From Octopus sinensis (taxonomy: Eukaryota), in the NCBI RefSeq assembly GCF_006345805.1, contig NC_043008.1:63178001-63242000 (forward strand): 64,000 nt of DNA. The letters are read 5' to 3'. This document shows positions 1 through 12,700 of the stretch, piece by piece; the first letter of the stretch is position 1, and each line of letters starts with the position of its first letter. Both the position numbers and the translations under genes were made by a program. The notes beneath the pieces were generated by a model. That model was not told where the DNA came from. It did not search any database and worked only from the letters and a program-made list of their open reading frames with translations.

Positions 1-667
1 TAAAAGATACACAAAATATCAAGAACTTAATATGGCGCATCTGTTTGCTCCTTTAATTCTGTACTTGACTGAGCCCTAAACCATGACAAAATTCCTGTAT
101 CAAACTAAAATAAATCTCTTTACCATACTTTTCTATTAAACCACACCTTACAAGTACATACTTTATTCCAGTACTTTTTAACTTTCTCACTTCCCACACA
201 ATTGCTTTCCTTGTCTTCTTACACTACAACTAATTATTTATCACATTGCTCCACATGTAAAATCACAGCATGCAAAAACTATATAAAACCAGAAAGAACC
301 AAAGTCAATCAAAGCTTGTGAAAGTGAGCAAGCCAACATATTTTAGCTACTGTCAGTTCCTTCAAAAATTTTAATAAGAACTCTACTAATACATATTGAG
401 TCATCCTTCAGTTTAATATAAGATAGTTTTATATATAACTTGACATAAAAAGAAAACTTAAATAGATATTAATATATATATGTGTGTGTGCACGTGTTTC
501 TATATGTACACACACACATTCCAATTCTTTCTGCCCTATGCAAGTATAGAAAAATGGATGTTAAAATGAAGATGATGATGATGATGATGATATTGGTGGT
601 GGTGGTACATACATATATGAGTGTGTGTATGTGTATTTATTCACACACCGACACACACATATATCCC

Positions 668-710
668 AATCTATCTTTCTATTTATCCATCCATCCATCC
701 ATCTATCCAT

Positions 711-805
<95 letters not shown>

Positions 806-878
806 TTATCTATCTATCTATCTGTCTGTCTATCTATCTATGTGTATGTATACCTATATACATGAATATGTGTAAGTG

Positions 879-927
<49 letters not shown>

Positions 928-1105
928 ATGTATACCTATATACATGAATATGTGTATGTGTATATATATATATGTGTATATATATATATATATATATTAT
1001 ATATACAATATATGTAAGTATGTTATACATATATGTTATACACATATAATGTATGTTTATACATATACATACATACATACATACATACATACATACATAC
1101 GCACA
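668..1105. repeat. Compound microsatellite (TATC)n/(TA)n/(TACA)n
   Basis: Directly visible; explains the YLSI/YI ORF-track entries. Confidence 0.95.
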
Positions 1106-1350
1106 TGCATACGTATGCACTTAAGTTATCACATGTCTTTACACAAACATCCATCAAACTGCTTGAATATTACACAGCAGAATATTACACATTAACACAT
1201 CTAAACATCAGATGGACACACTGATATCTGTACATTTCCATTGATGCTTTTGTAGAATTAGAATAGATTTCTCCGTATTAATACTATAAGAAATATCTAC
1301 ATCAAAGGAAACCAATAGCTCAACCTGCTCTAATCTTTTGCATGCCTTAC

Positions 1351-1660
1351 TGAACACTCTTCACACTATATCTGGTTTCTTTCTGGAATATTCCATCTCT
1401 GCTGTAAAGATTCTCATCTTCTTTATGGTAGTTGATAAAAATAATCTCGCTAGTATCTCTTTCTGAATCCTGTCTGTCACATTGTATTTACACTGTTATT
1501 CTTTGTCTACTAAGCTCTATCAATAGAAAACCATTTATCATTATTCCTGGATGCATTAGAAAGCTGACGAGTCTCTTCAGTTTTCAAAAGCTAAGGCATT
1601 GCTCAAATGACTCTGTTATCATAGATAGTCTCTCTTTTCAACTAAAGATCTGTCAGTTTG
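1351..1660 (-). other. Exon-like island with stops in all frames
   Basis: Minus strand: T-rich ...cttctttaaatag acceptor, TCA|gtaagg donor, purine-rich interior; stops in all three frames. Confidence 0.2.
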
Positions 1661-1755
1661 CTATTTAAAGAAGTAAAAAAAAATTATGGCAGAAAAATAT
1701 GTATTATAAGAAAAATATAATGTGTGAGGAAGTAAGTTTCCTATGCTTCAGTATA

Positions 1756-1786
<31 letters not shown>

Positions 1787-2924
1787 TGTGTATGTTATAA
1801 ATTTAGAGAAATGTAAGTGTTTATTGAAATAAGTAATGATATACCCTTATGTCTATCATTGAAAATGTGTCAGTGTTTATGGAAATATATTGTTATATGA
1901 GCGTGTACATGTGTGTGCAATTGTGTGTATGTGTGTGTGTGAGAGATTGAGAGAGAGAGAGAGAGAGAAGATAAGGGCAAGTGAAAGGAAAATAGAAAAC
2001 GGTAAAGGCAGAGAAAATGAATAGATATGACTTGTTGCATAGCTATTATATATATAAAACCTGCATGTTTTGTACCACATACACACACACACACATTCAT
2101 ACATATTCGTGAGTGATCTTGTAATATTCTTGCGGTACTGTTGTTTCATTTGAGAATGAGAAAGATAATAAAAATCACTGAACAATTCCATTGATGAAGA
2201 AAAACATATTTATCCTTCAATACTCATCTTAAAACAAACCCTGATAGTAAACTAAAGAATTTTGGAATGAGAAGTGTATTGTAAACCAGAAATCTATTAA
2301 GACATATGCCCAGTTGCACAGAGGCACAGTTTAGCGTAAGATGTATGGGCTGATATTATAGATGTACTTTCATACCAAATTCTTCTTACAAAGAATCAGG
2401 CAATATTTTTATGGCATTTGGTGGTGCTGATGCACATAAAAGTTTTGACATCAAACATCTCACAGAAACTGGATTCTTTTTGCTCTTCAATTTCTAACTG
2501 AAAGTAACAGATGGGAGTAACAAAATGAAGGTCACACATTTACCACCTTCTATAGAAATTGGATCTTGGAGGTTTGTTCATGCACTATCAAATTGGCCTT
2601 GACAGCTTGTGCTAAATCTTTGGATATCTATCAGATCAATCATGCTGAAAATAAATATGCTGAGATACAAAGCTAGAACTATGACATTTAATGTTCAGTA
2701 ACAGTAAGAGATGAAATAGATATTCTAAAGCCATCATTTAAACATGAATGCAAGGAGGAGGGAAAAAAGGATAAAAGAAATGATAAATAAAAAGAACCCT
2801 ATCCCTTAATACCTTCTGCTTTAGGATCCCTTAATTGAATAAATCTGTCCTTAATTCAATTAGGTACACTGCGAGAAAAAGCTGTTGGTTTAAAATACAT
2901 ATATAAAATCCTAAGAGAATATGC

Positions 2925-2987
2925 ACATTAGTACGTATATGTACATTAGTACATATGTACATTAGTACATATGTACATTAGTACGTA
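2925..2987. repeat. Minisatellite, 16-18 bp unit ACATTAGTACATATGT, about 4 copies
   Basis: Directly visible; two more units at 3408-3439. Confidence 0.9.
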
Positions 2988-2989
2988 TT

Positions 2990-3345
2990 ATAGGTAGTGG
3001 GTAGCGATTTTCTTCACTACTTCAGGGAGTGACGACCCTGCCTGACATGAGTCCTGGGCTCAGCTGGCTCTGGCTGACAGTACCCAGTATGGGCCCCTAT
3101 CCAGGATTATGGAAAGGAGACAACCTTCAAAGAAATCAGGAGTGGAGCCCTGTAGGTGGTTTAGTGTTCGACTTGACACTCTTCCGGTATCTCCTGCAAC
3201 CAAGCTGGTGCCAAACGTAATGCTTTGAACTCCTTTGGACTACATCAGCAAGGTTGAGAGAGGAATCCTGACGATTGGGCTACCCAGGATTTTCTTACAT
3301 CTAGTGCAAAACTGAAGAGGAAACTGGAGAGGACATGAAATGTAA
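2990..3345 (+). mobile_element. Probable LINE (RTE-type) 5' UTR fragment
   Basis: GC-richer block interrupting the minisatellite; motif GCTGGTGCCAAAC...CCTTTGGA resembles RTE 5' UTRs (from memory, unverified). Confidence 0.35.
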
Positions 3346-3529
3346 AAACCAGACTGGATTAGTTTATGCACAACTCATCTGTCTCCCAAGACAAAAGGAT
3401 GCCAACAACATTAGTACATATATGTACATTAATACATATTTAAAAATATTAAATAATGTACAGGAAGATGTGGGACAAAATGGCAAGATAGGATCTTCAG
3501 ACGTTAGGCCTGACTGAGGGTATAACTAG

Positions 3530-3930
3530 GGACCTAGACTTCTGCTGGTTTGTTGTGCTTAAGAAGACACATCAAGCTAAGTAAAATTGTGGATGTTCTT
3601 GCATACAAGCGTGTCCCCTACATTCATCTTCAGCTGAAAGATCCTAACCTTGCAGGTTCATGGGTGCTGGTACCATATAAAAGGCACCCATAGTGGAACC
3701 AGATAAAAGTACCTATTCTGGTGCTGCATAAAATCCCCCAGTACACTCTGTAAAGTGGTCGGCATTAGGAAAGGTATTCAGTCATAGAAACCATGTCAGT
3801 AGTGACATAGAACCCAGGCAACTCTTCAGCTGCCCAGCTCCTGTGAAATGATCCAACCTCTCCCAGTATAGGAAATGGACATCATATGGTGATGATGAAG
3901 GTGGTGGAGGTGGTGATGATGACGATGACA
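3530..3930 (+). mobile_element. Old RTE LINE 3' end
   Basis: Diverged match to family D core (acactctgtaaagtggtcggcattaggaaagg), ends in (GAT)n. Confidence 0.55.
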
Positions 3931-4140
3931 ACGTAAGCTGTCTAGAGTATTCTCATCCTCATTGTTGAGAGTCAAAGGATTTCAACCATAATACACCATT
4001 ATTCCAGTCATCAAGTCTCCATGTTCTCTTCTTTTACCTTGATTTATTAACAAATCTGATTCCCTTAGCCTGTGCTTCTTTGCAGGCACTGTTAAAAAGC
4101 AAAGTTTTATACTTAGAGTTGTTTTTCCCAAATCTTAATC

Positions 4141-4575
4141 TTTTCTACTCTAGGCGCAAGGCAAAAAATTTTAATTTTAGGGTGCAGGTTGCCAGTCGAT
4201 TTGATGGACCCCAGTACACAACTGGTACTTAATTTAACAACCCCAAAAGAATGGAAGGCAAAGTCGACTTCAGTGGAATTGAACTCAGAGCGTAAAGACA
4301 GACAAAATACCGTTAAGCATTTTGCCCAGCGTGCTAACGTTTTTTTATTTCTTTATTGCTGACAAGAGGCTAAAAATAGGGAGGACAAACAAGGACAAAC
4401 AAAGGGATTAAGTCGATGACATCGACCCCAGTGCGTAACTGGTACTTAATTTATCGACCCCAAAATGATGGAAGACAAAGTCGACCTCGGCGGAATTTAA
4501 CTCAGAACATAAAGACAGACAAAATACCACTAAGCATTTCGTCCAGCATGCTAACATTTCTGCCAGCTTGCCACC
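4141..4575 (-). mobile_element. SINE-A dimer (long-tail copy joined to short-tail copy)
   Basis: Two tandem copies of the SINE-A body; B-box-like GTTCAA(A)TTCC. Confidence 0.9.
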
Positions 4576-5267
4576 TTGTCCCTAGTCTTAATGCAAAATC
4601 TTAAAACTTCCAGGCTAGCATCAAGCATGAGGCATCGTTTTGTAACTTTTGCTAAAGCATGACTCTCAGATAACTAACTGGGCAGTCTTGGCTCAGCAGT
4701 CATAGAAATGTACCCAACCAAATGCAAAAAGGCAACATAGTTTTACAGAGGCAGAACCAGCTGTGTAACATGGGACACATACACAAAAGAGTGTCTGAGA
4801 TTACTGCAGACTCGTCAGTTAAATGATATCTCGGGTATCTTGACAGCTGTTAAAATATAAGAGTGGAAAGCTCTTCTGTAGAAATATTGGTAACTTAAGT
4901 CATCAAAGAAATATACTTATTGGACTTCTAAAGCAATAGATTAACCCCCACTATCAGCTTTTCATCTGTAAGCCTTTTGATGATTCAATATCACAGCCCA
5001 CATATATTTACCATGTTATATCTCTCCTTATATCATAATGGTTTTCGTTCACTTTATAGTTTGCTTCAGATTTCAGTATCTTCAGTTAATGTTAAAGATA
5101 TTAAACTAATATTTTTAGTTTTTTATTCTTTTACTTACTTAAATCATTTGCTTGCCAGACTGGAGCATTGTCTTGTAGGGTTTAGTCAAAAAATCTATTT
5201 CCAGTACTTTGGCTTTTTACAAAGTTTGCCAATGTTCTGCAGCAGAGGACCAGAAGCCTGAGGTATT

Positions 5268-5496
5268 CGGAAGCTGGCAGAAACGTTAGCACACCGAGCA
5301 AAATGCGTAGCCGTATTTCGTCTGCCGCTACATTCTGAGTTCAAATTCCGCTGAGGTCGACTTTGCCTTTCATCCTTTCGGGGTCGATAAATTAAGTACC
5401 AGTTAAGCACTGGGGTCGATGTAATCAACTTAATTCGTTTGTCTGTCCTTGTTTGTCCCCTCTGTGTTTAGCCCCTTGTGGGTAGTAAAGAAATAG
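5268..5496 (+). mobile_element. SINE-A, long-tail subfamily
   Basis: gctggcagaaacgttag...gagttcaaattcc...ggggtcgataaattaagtaccag...aaagaaatag; many copies in the window. Confidence 0.92.
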
Positions 5497-5759
5497 TTAT
5501 TTTGGATTGCAAGACAGTGTGTCAGAGAAAACCATGATGTCATAGGAGAGAAGAATATTTGCATGGGGGATGACTCACTTACAGTTAGGGATTGAGCAAT
5601 GAAGAAGGCTTGGAGGTGCCACTGTGAAAGGTTGCTAAATGTAGAGAACACATGGAAGAAGGAGAACCAGCCTAAAGTGGACCCAACAGAGGGACCAGGT
5701 ATTCTAATCAACAGTAGCTTAGTAGATAAAGTAAAACGTCCCATATTTATTTTAATCAT

Positions 5760-6052
5760 CTTTTTGCTGAACCACTAATTGATTGGAGTACGAATAAACT
5801 AATGCTAGTTGCCAGGTAGTAGGGGGACAGACACAAAGGCATGCTTACATATACTTACATATACACATATTTATATATGTCTGTGTCTCTGTGTGTGTAA
5901 TGAGCTTCCACACCTTTTCCATCTATAAAATTCCCTTATAAGGCATTGGTTCACCCAGGGCTATAGAAGACAATTGCCCAAAGTAAAGTGCAAAGGGGCT
6001 GAACTCAAAACCATATGGTTATAAAGGAAAGTTCTTAGCCACACAGCCATGT
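5760..6052 (-). mobile_element. Old SINE-B
   Basis: Diverged reverse-complement match to 7969-8400. Confidence 0.65.
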
Positions 6053-6159
6053 TTCTTCCTGTGTGCAGTGATATAATGAAAATTATAAAATACATTTATT
6101 TTCCTCAAAGTTTGAATTAAGTGACTGTTTTTTTTAAATATACTTGCCTATGGAAATGA

Positions 6160-7115
6160 AATGGTATAGTAGATAGGGCCATTAGAATGAAGAAACAGGC
6201 TTGGAAGGACTGGAAGAATGATGGTAGAAAAGAACTGTATAATTGATGTAGTACCATGATAGTCACCTGCTACAAAGGTAAATGTGATACCTTAAACAGA
6301 TAATTTCAGAGGTATCAAGTTGCTAGACTAGATGATGAAAATTACAGAAAGGATCATAGCTCAATTAGTTAGGAAGAGAGTTAGCCTTTATGAGATGCAA
6401 TTTGGTTTTCTGCCAGGAAGAAGCACAATTGGTGCTATCTTCCTGGTGAGGCAACTTAGGTGAAGTATTTAGACAAAAATAAACCTCAGTATTTGGCTTT
6501 TGTTGACATAGAGAAAGCCTTTAACAGGGGCCCCTTCTACTTATCTGGTGGGCATTGCAGAAGCTAGGGATAGATGAGTGATTGGTGAGAGTTGTGAAAT
6601 CCATATACAGAGATGCTGTCAATAAGGTTGTCAATGGGTATAGCAAGGAATTTAGTGTACTGGTAGGAGACCACCAAGGATAAGTTCTCAGTACCCTCTT
6701 GTTTATCACAGTCCTCTTAGCCATAAAAAACGAATTTAAGAATGGCTCCCCTTGGGAGTTCTTCTATGCTCTTCCTTGCTCTTATTGCAGAATCACTATG
6801 AGAACTAGAGAAGAAATTTCAAGTGTAGAAGCAAGATCTGGAATCAGTGGGCCAAAGTCTTAGCAAAGACCAAAGTCCTAGTAAGTAAGAATGCAGACAA
6901 ATCACTGATCCTTTCAGGGTGATAGCCCCATTCGAATTGTAGAAAAGATGTTGGTAGAAACTCCATATGGTGTACCCAGTGCAAGCTATGAACTCATAAG
7001 AAGTGCAGCAATATCACAGGAAGTTTAACAGAGAACATAGTTTTTGTGTGTAGCAGATGTGCAGGTACATGAAACACTAGGAATGTACAGAAAATAAACT
7101 CACTCAAATGTCCAG
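6160..7115 (+). mobile_element. Decayed RTE LINE reverse-transcriptase region
   Basis: Hand translation: EMQFGFLPGRSTIGAIFLVRQL, FVDIEKAFNR, VLSTLLF; YADD motif disrupted near 6765; stops and frameshifts. Confidence 0.9.
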
Positions 7116-7968
7116 GCACATTCTTATATGATTGTACAGATCCAGTGAACCTCATATTAGCACATCGTTTCCTCTTTGTCATGCGTATTTTTATCAAAGA
7201 CTATCCATGGAACTCAATGTTATCATTTCTTAATTTGAAAATTGAATATCTTATTAAATAACTTCAGTGAAATTTAATTCCTTTTACATGTAAGTACATT
7301 CAGAAAAAAAAAGCAATGATTTTACACACAAGCAAAAAATGCAGTATTACTAGATAGTATTCTTTGATTTGTGCCAAAAATTCCTTTCCACTATTAATGT
7401 ACTGCTGCTATCACTCCTCCACACCACATGTCCTTACAAGCACTGGCATTTCTGTACACAATGGTGAACATGTATTAACCTAGCAGTGATTCCTACTGGA
7501 ATTAATATTTCAAGACTTTAAACTTTATCTTTTAAGTTCTGAATCTAAGAATGACATATCACTAATGAATGTGAATATGCATTGTCAAATTATGTGACTG
7601 GAATGGTTGCAGGGTGCCAATGGAAGCATAATACATCTGTCTGCACATAATAATGTGAACTGTGTAATTTGGCCACAGATATTTTATCATTATATGACAG
7701 TCTAATCTAGAACTACATGAAGGGCTTACGATATTTGCTAGAACATTATATGCAATATAATATTCAACATGGATAATAACATCTTAAAAGCATTTAGATC
7801 AATTAAGATAACATACAGAGAATCAGCAGAGAAATTTAGTTCCGATCAAGTCATTAAAATAATCTTGCCTTGTAATATGTGAAAAGAATGACAATATCTT
7901 TAAAAAATAAATGAGAAGATTTATCAATGGAGAGAAAGGTTACAGAAAAAAAAAATGCAGTGTGTTAG

Positions 7969-8142
7969 ATAGGCGCAGGAGTGGCTGTGTGGTAAGTAGC
8001 TTGCTAACCAACCACATGGTTCCGGGTTCAGTCCCACTGCATGGCACCTTGGGCAAGTGTCTTCTACTATAGCCTCGGGCCGACCAATGCCTTGTGAGTG
8101 GATTTGGTAGACGGAAACTGAAAGAAGCCTGTCGTATATATG

Positions 8143-8176
<34 letters not shown>

Positions 8177-8400
8177 CGTTTGTGTGTCTGTGTTTGTCTC
8201 CCTAGCATTGCTTGACAACCGATGCTGGTGTGTTTACGTCCCCATTACTTAGCGGTTCGGCAAAAGAGACTGATAGAATAAGTACTGGGCTTACAAAGAA
8301 TAAGTCCCGGGGTCGATTTCATCGACTAAAGGCAGTGCTCCAGCATGGCCACAGTCAAATGACTGAAACAAGCAAAAGAGTAAAAGAGTAAAGAGAGAGT
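7969..8400 (+). mobile_element. SINE-B, full length, internal (TA)n/(TG)n
   Basis: tRNA-like head (tggctgtgtggtaag, gggttcagtccc) and (TAAAAGAG)n tail. Confidence 0.93.
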
Positions 8401-9240
8401 ATATATGATTACATTGAAAAATATTATAAATGTTGAAATTATTATTCAGTATTTCGATGCAAGCTTTGCTCATATGAAGTGTGCATTTGTGTGTGTGTAG
8501 TAGTAGAGTAATTAGGTGTAAGCATGTAAGTCTGTCATGGGCAGGTTTGAACTGACAGCAGAACTTCAAGGACAGAAGTTTTAGGAGAGTTCAGCCAGTA
8601 AGTAACTATTTAGGAACCTGTCCTGTTTTAATCTGGAATCTGTTAGTTATTGATTCTGCCTGCAGAGATGCACATATGTGTAAAGCTGCCATTTACAATG
8701 TCTTATGCTTAAAATTGCTCATCGTCATTGTGACATATCTTACACCAACTGAGACTGTATCGCAGTCATATGGTTTATGTAAGACAAAGAACTGTTTTAG
8801 AACATATTTATTCCAGCAGACGATGAAAATATAAAAATCAACAACTTCGATTAAATGTAAAACTAATGCTGGCATAATAAAAGAAATGTACACTATAGAG
8901 TAAGTGTGAGTCTGTCAGCATGTAAGTGTGTGTGTGTGTGTGGAATAGTCAACTAAAAGATAAAATATTTCATATTTGCTGAAACTAAATGAGGTATCTT
9001 AAATCATTTCTCTTCGCTATATGCTACAAAAAGATATTTATAAGAAATAAAATCACATATTTAATGTCTGCGATCTGTTGTATTTATCAAGTGAAAATGA
9101 TATAGAAAATATTTTTGAAAACTATATTTATTTTAATATAATATGTAATACAACTACAAACCATCAAATGAAGTGTTAGTTAAAGAAATGGTGATAGAGA
9201 AATCAAGAGGGGGAATATAGAAAATAACTGTTAAGAGCAG

Positions 9241-9343
9241 CATATTTTGTACTGGCTTCTTAATATTTACTTTGGAGATGTAACACATATATATTTCTAT
9301 GAGATGAGATTAATTAATAAATATGTCTGTCACTGATGTTTCT
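9241..9343 (+). repeat. About 100-bp direct repeat, copy 1
   Basis: Near-identical to 10385-10485. Confidence 0.92.
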
Positions 9344-9387
9344 CATTAATATACAAGATATAGACATCTATATTTAATTGTAATGTT

Positions 9388-9970
9388 GGTTTCAAATTTT
9401 GGCCCAAGGCTAGCAATTTTGGGGCTAAGAGTAAGTCAATTACATTGACCCAGTGTTTATCTGGTGCTTTGTTGATAGGCGTAGGAGTGGCTGTATGGTA
9501 AGTAGCTTGCTTACCAAACACATGGTTCTGGGTTCAGTCCTACTGTGTGGCAACTTGGGCAAGTGTCTTCTACTATGGCCTCAGGCCGACCAAAGCCTTG
9601 TGAGTGGATTTAGTAGACGAAAACTTAAAGAAGCCTGTCGTATATATGTATATATATATATGTATGTTCGTGTGTATATGTTCGTGTGTCTGTGTTTGTA
9701 CCCCCAACATCACTTGACAACCGATGCTGGTGTGTTTCAGCAAAAGAGACTGAGAGAATAAGTACTATGCTTACAAAGAATAAGTCCTGGGGTCGATTTG
9801 CTTGACTAAAGGCAGTGCTCCAGTCAAATGACTGAGACAAATAAAAGAGTAAAACTGAAAGGATGAACAGCAAAGTTGACCTTGGTGAGGTTTGAACTTA
9901 GAATGCAAAGACGGATGAAATGCTGCTAAATATTTTTCCCAGCATGCTAATGATTCTGCCAGCTCACAGC
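9388..9970 (-). mobile_element. Old SINE-A split by a SINE-B insertion
   Basis: SINE-A halves at 9388-9474 and 9854-9970. Confidence 0.8.
9475..9853 (+). mobile_element. SINE-B
   Basis: Matches 7969-8400 with small internal deletions. Confidence 0.92.
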
Positions 9971-10049
9971 CTTATATTTGAGTGTAATATTGTTTTACAT
10001 ATATGTCAATGCTATAATAATCATGTGTTAATCACATAATAGGCAAGTG

Positions 10050-10208
10050 AGTGCACAGCTGCTTGGTTAAGAACCTTGCTTTCCAACTATGTGGTCTTAG
10101 GTTCAGTCCTACAGTGTGGCAACTTGGGCAAGTGTCTTCTTCTATCGACTCAGGCCAACCAAATCCTTTTGAGTATATGTATCAGACAAAGAATTAAAGA
10201 AGCCTACT
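10050..10208 (+). mobile_element. SINE-B 5' half leading into an expanded microsatellite
   Basis: ggttcagtcct...gggcaagtgtcttct...gaagcctacta then (TA)n/(TACA)n. Confidence 0.8.
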
Positions 10209-10215
10209 ATATATA

Positions 10216-10266
<51 letters not shown>

Positions 10267-10323
10267 TACATACATACATACATACATATATATATATACA
10301 TATAGACAAATAGATAGATACAT

Positions 10324-10354
<31 letters not shown>

Positions 10355-10358
10355 TACA

Positions 10359-10384
<26 letters not shown>

Positions 10385-10389
<5 letters not shown>

Positions 10390-10485
10390 TTTGTACTGGC
10401 TTCTTTATATTTACTTTGGAGATGTAACACATATATTTCTATCAGATGAGATTAATTAATAGATATGTCTATCACTGATGCTTCT
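10385..10485 (+). repeat. About 100-bp direct repeat, copy 2
   Basis: Near-identical to 9241-9343. Confidence 0.92.
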
Positions 10486-10489
10486 TTTT

Positions 10490-10760
10490 CTGGGTTCAAA
10501 TCTCATTTGTGAACCCATGGAAAAAAAACCCCACCAACTATTCTACCTGTATGTCTGTACACACCTTTCAATACAATGTATGCCAGAAGGTTTGCAAATC
10601 TAATAGAGGCCTCCAAAGGCACTTTAAAATCCACAAAGATCAGAACTTATCCGCAGCTTTTGGTGGTCCAAATCAGATATGCAATCTATGTGGGTATCTT
10701 ATCAAAACACTGCCTGGTTCAAAACAATCACATCAGATGCCATGATGGTTCTAAGGTGAT
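10490..10760 (+). mobile_element. Decayed LINE C-terminus with C2H2-like fingers (RTE/RTE-X type)
   Basis: CQKVCKSNRGLQRHFKIH and CNLCG...HIRCH across frameshifts; no TGEKP linkers. Confidence 0.5.
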
Positions 10761-10763
10761 GAG

Positions 10764-10960
10764 AAAAACCACTATTATGCAATTCAATTCTTTATAAAAC
10801 TTTATATATTTTATTTTTTATTTATGATTTGGTTTATGTCTATCATTGTTTGAATTGCATAATAGCGGTTATCCTCTAATTTATATATATTATATATTTA
10901 TATTGTGAAATTTGATTTAATACTAAATTAAATTTTTCACTGTAGGTTTGGAGTTATACT
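10764..10960. mobile_element. Penelope-like terminal fragment with internal inversion
   Basis: Similar to 45653-45704 and about 29990-30050; 21-bp inverted repeat 10767-10787/10850-10870. Confidence 0.5.
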
Positions 10961-10963
10961 CCC

Positions 10964-11009
<46 letters not shown>

Positions 11010-11034
11010 TATATTATATATATATATGTATAAG

Positions 11035-11190
11035 TTTCTTTCAGTTTCCATCCACAAAATCCACTTACTAACTTTGATCAACTTGGAGTTATTAGAGGCC
11101 TAGATGACACTTGCTCAAGATGCCATGTAGTGGAATTGACCTCAAAACCATGTGTATAGGAAATGAACTACTTAACTACATACCAATGCC
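11035..11190 (-). mobile_element. Old SINE-B fragment
   Basis: Diverged reverse-complement match to the SINE-B head. Confidence 0.6.
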
Positions 11191-11637
11191 AGCACCGATG
11201 TGGGTGGAAATTACAAACTAGACAAATACATATTCTCACATTTGTTGCATTAGCTACAGAAGAAAGAACCAAACACAAGCAGAACAAAAATCTAAATTAT
11301 AATAGTTATATGAAATTTCGCATTAACATATAAAGTATTGTCTTTGTAGCTTTAGTATCAAGTTTTATTTCAGATCAACTGATTGTAGAAAGATCCATAG
11401 CATAAGAAGTTGTAGTATAATATTGATTCTTTTAAAAGATTCATGGTTTTATTTTTAAAGGAAATGAGGCTCTAGTCAACTGAAACAACCAAGAACGGTA
11501 TGTTACCGATGCAACCTGTTTTATTGGTGTTGGCGACATAAAATGAAAATGGAACATGTTTAAGAAGTGAACTTGCAAACATAAAGCTTAGAACTTTATT
11601 CTGTACTCTCTTTCTCTCTCTCCCTTTTTCTCTGTCG

Positions 11638-11678
<41 letters not shown>

Positions 11679-12217
11679 ATCTATCTAACTCTCTCTTTTT
11701 CTCTCTTAATGTCCTTTCTTCTTTTTCTACTGTCACTTTGAAACCTATTCTGCTTGTTATTATAGAATATTAATGCTTTGCAAATATATGAATTATATTT
11801 AAAAGAGAAAAATATATTTTAACTTATAAATAAATAAACAAGCAACCAAATAAACAAACAAACAAATAAAAAAAGACAGAAGACTAGTTGATACATACAT
11901 TTTAAAACAACAAGAAAAACAGGATGTTAAAAGATTGTTTCTCCATTGAGATATATGAAATAGCAAGAGAATGTTTACATATTGAAACTGTCAATTTCTC
12001 TATATTTATTTTTTTAAAAACCACTTTGATTTATCTCAGTGCATTGATATTAAAATATACAGTTGTACAGATGCTTATATTTGTAATAATATTGATCAGC
12101 ACCTATATAAATAGTTTGTATATGATGATGACAGGATTTGCTTTTCATTTTAGCAAGAAATAATAAAAGAAATCTCACATGAGAGGAGAAAAAAGAAAGA
12201 GACAAATTATATTCATA

Positions 12218-12665
<448 letters not shown>

Positions 12666-12700
12666 ATAAGAATGCTAATATTTAGATTTCTTTTCAACAG

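Noticed and set aside
2990-3150. HDV-like ribozyme call
   Set aside because: The nested double pseudoknot could not be built by hand; left as a suggested search.
7561-7914. TAA/TAG read as Gln (or systematically edited): this 118-codon frame and several islands (e.g. 15469-15664, 47736-47850) look protein-like if TAR=Q
   Set aside because: Two different frames of the same DNA read equally well (here and near 48290), a TGA-free run of this length is not rare in AT-rich DNA, transposon ORFs here end in TAA/TGA as in the standard code, and A-to-I editing would give Trp. Codon-aligned orthologs with CAR at these sites would reopen it.
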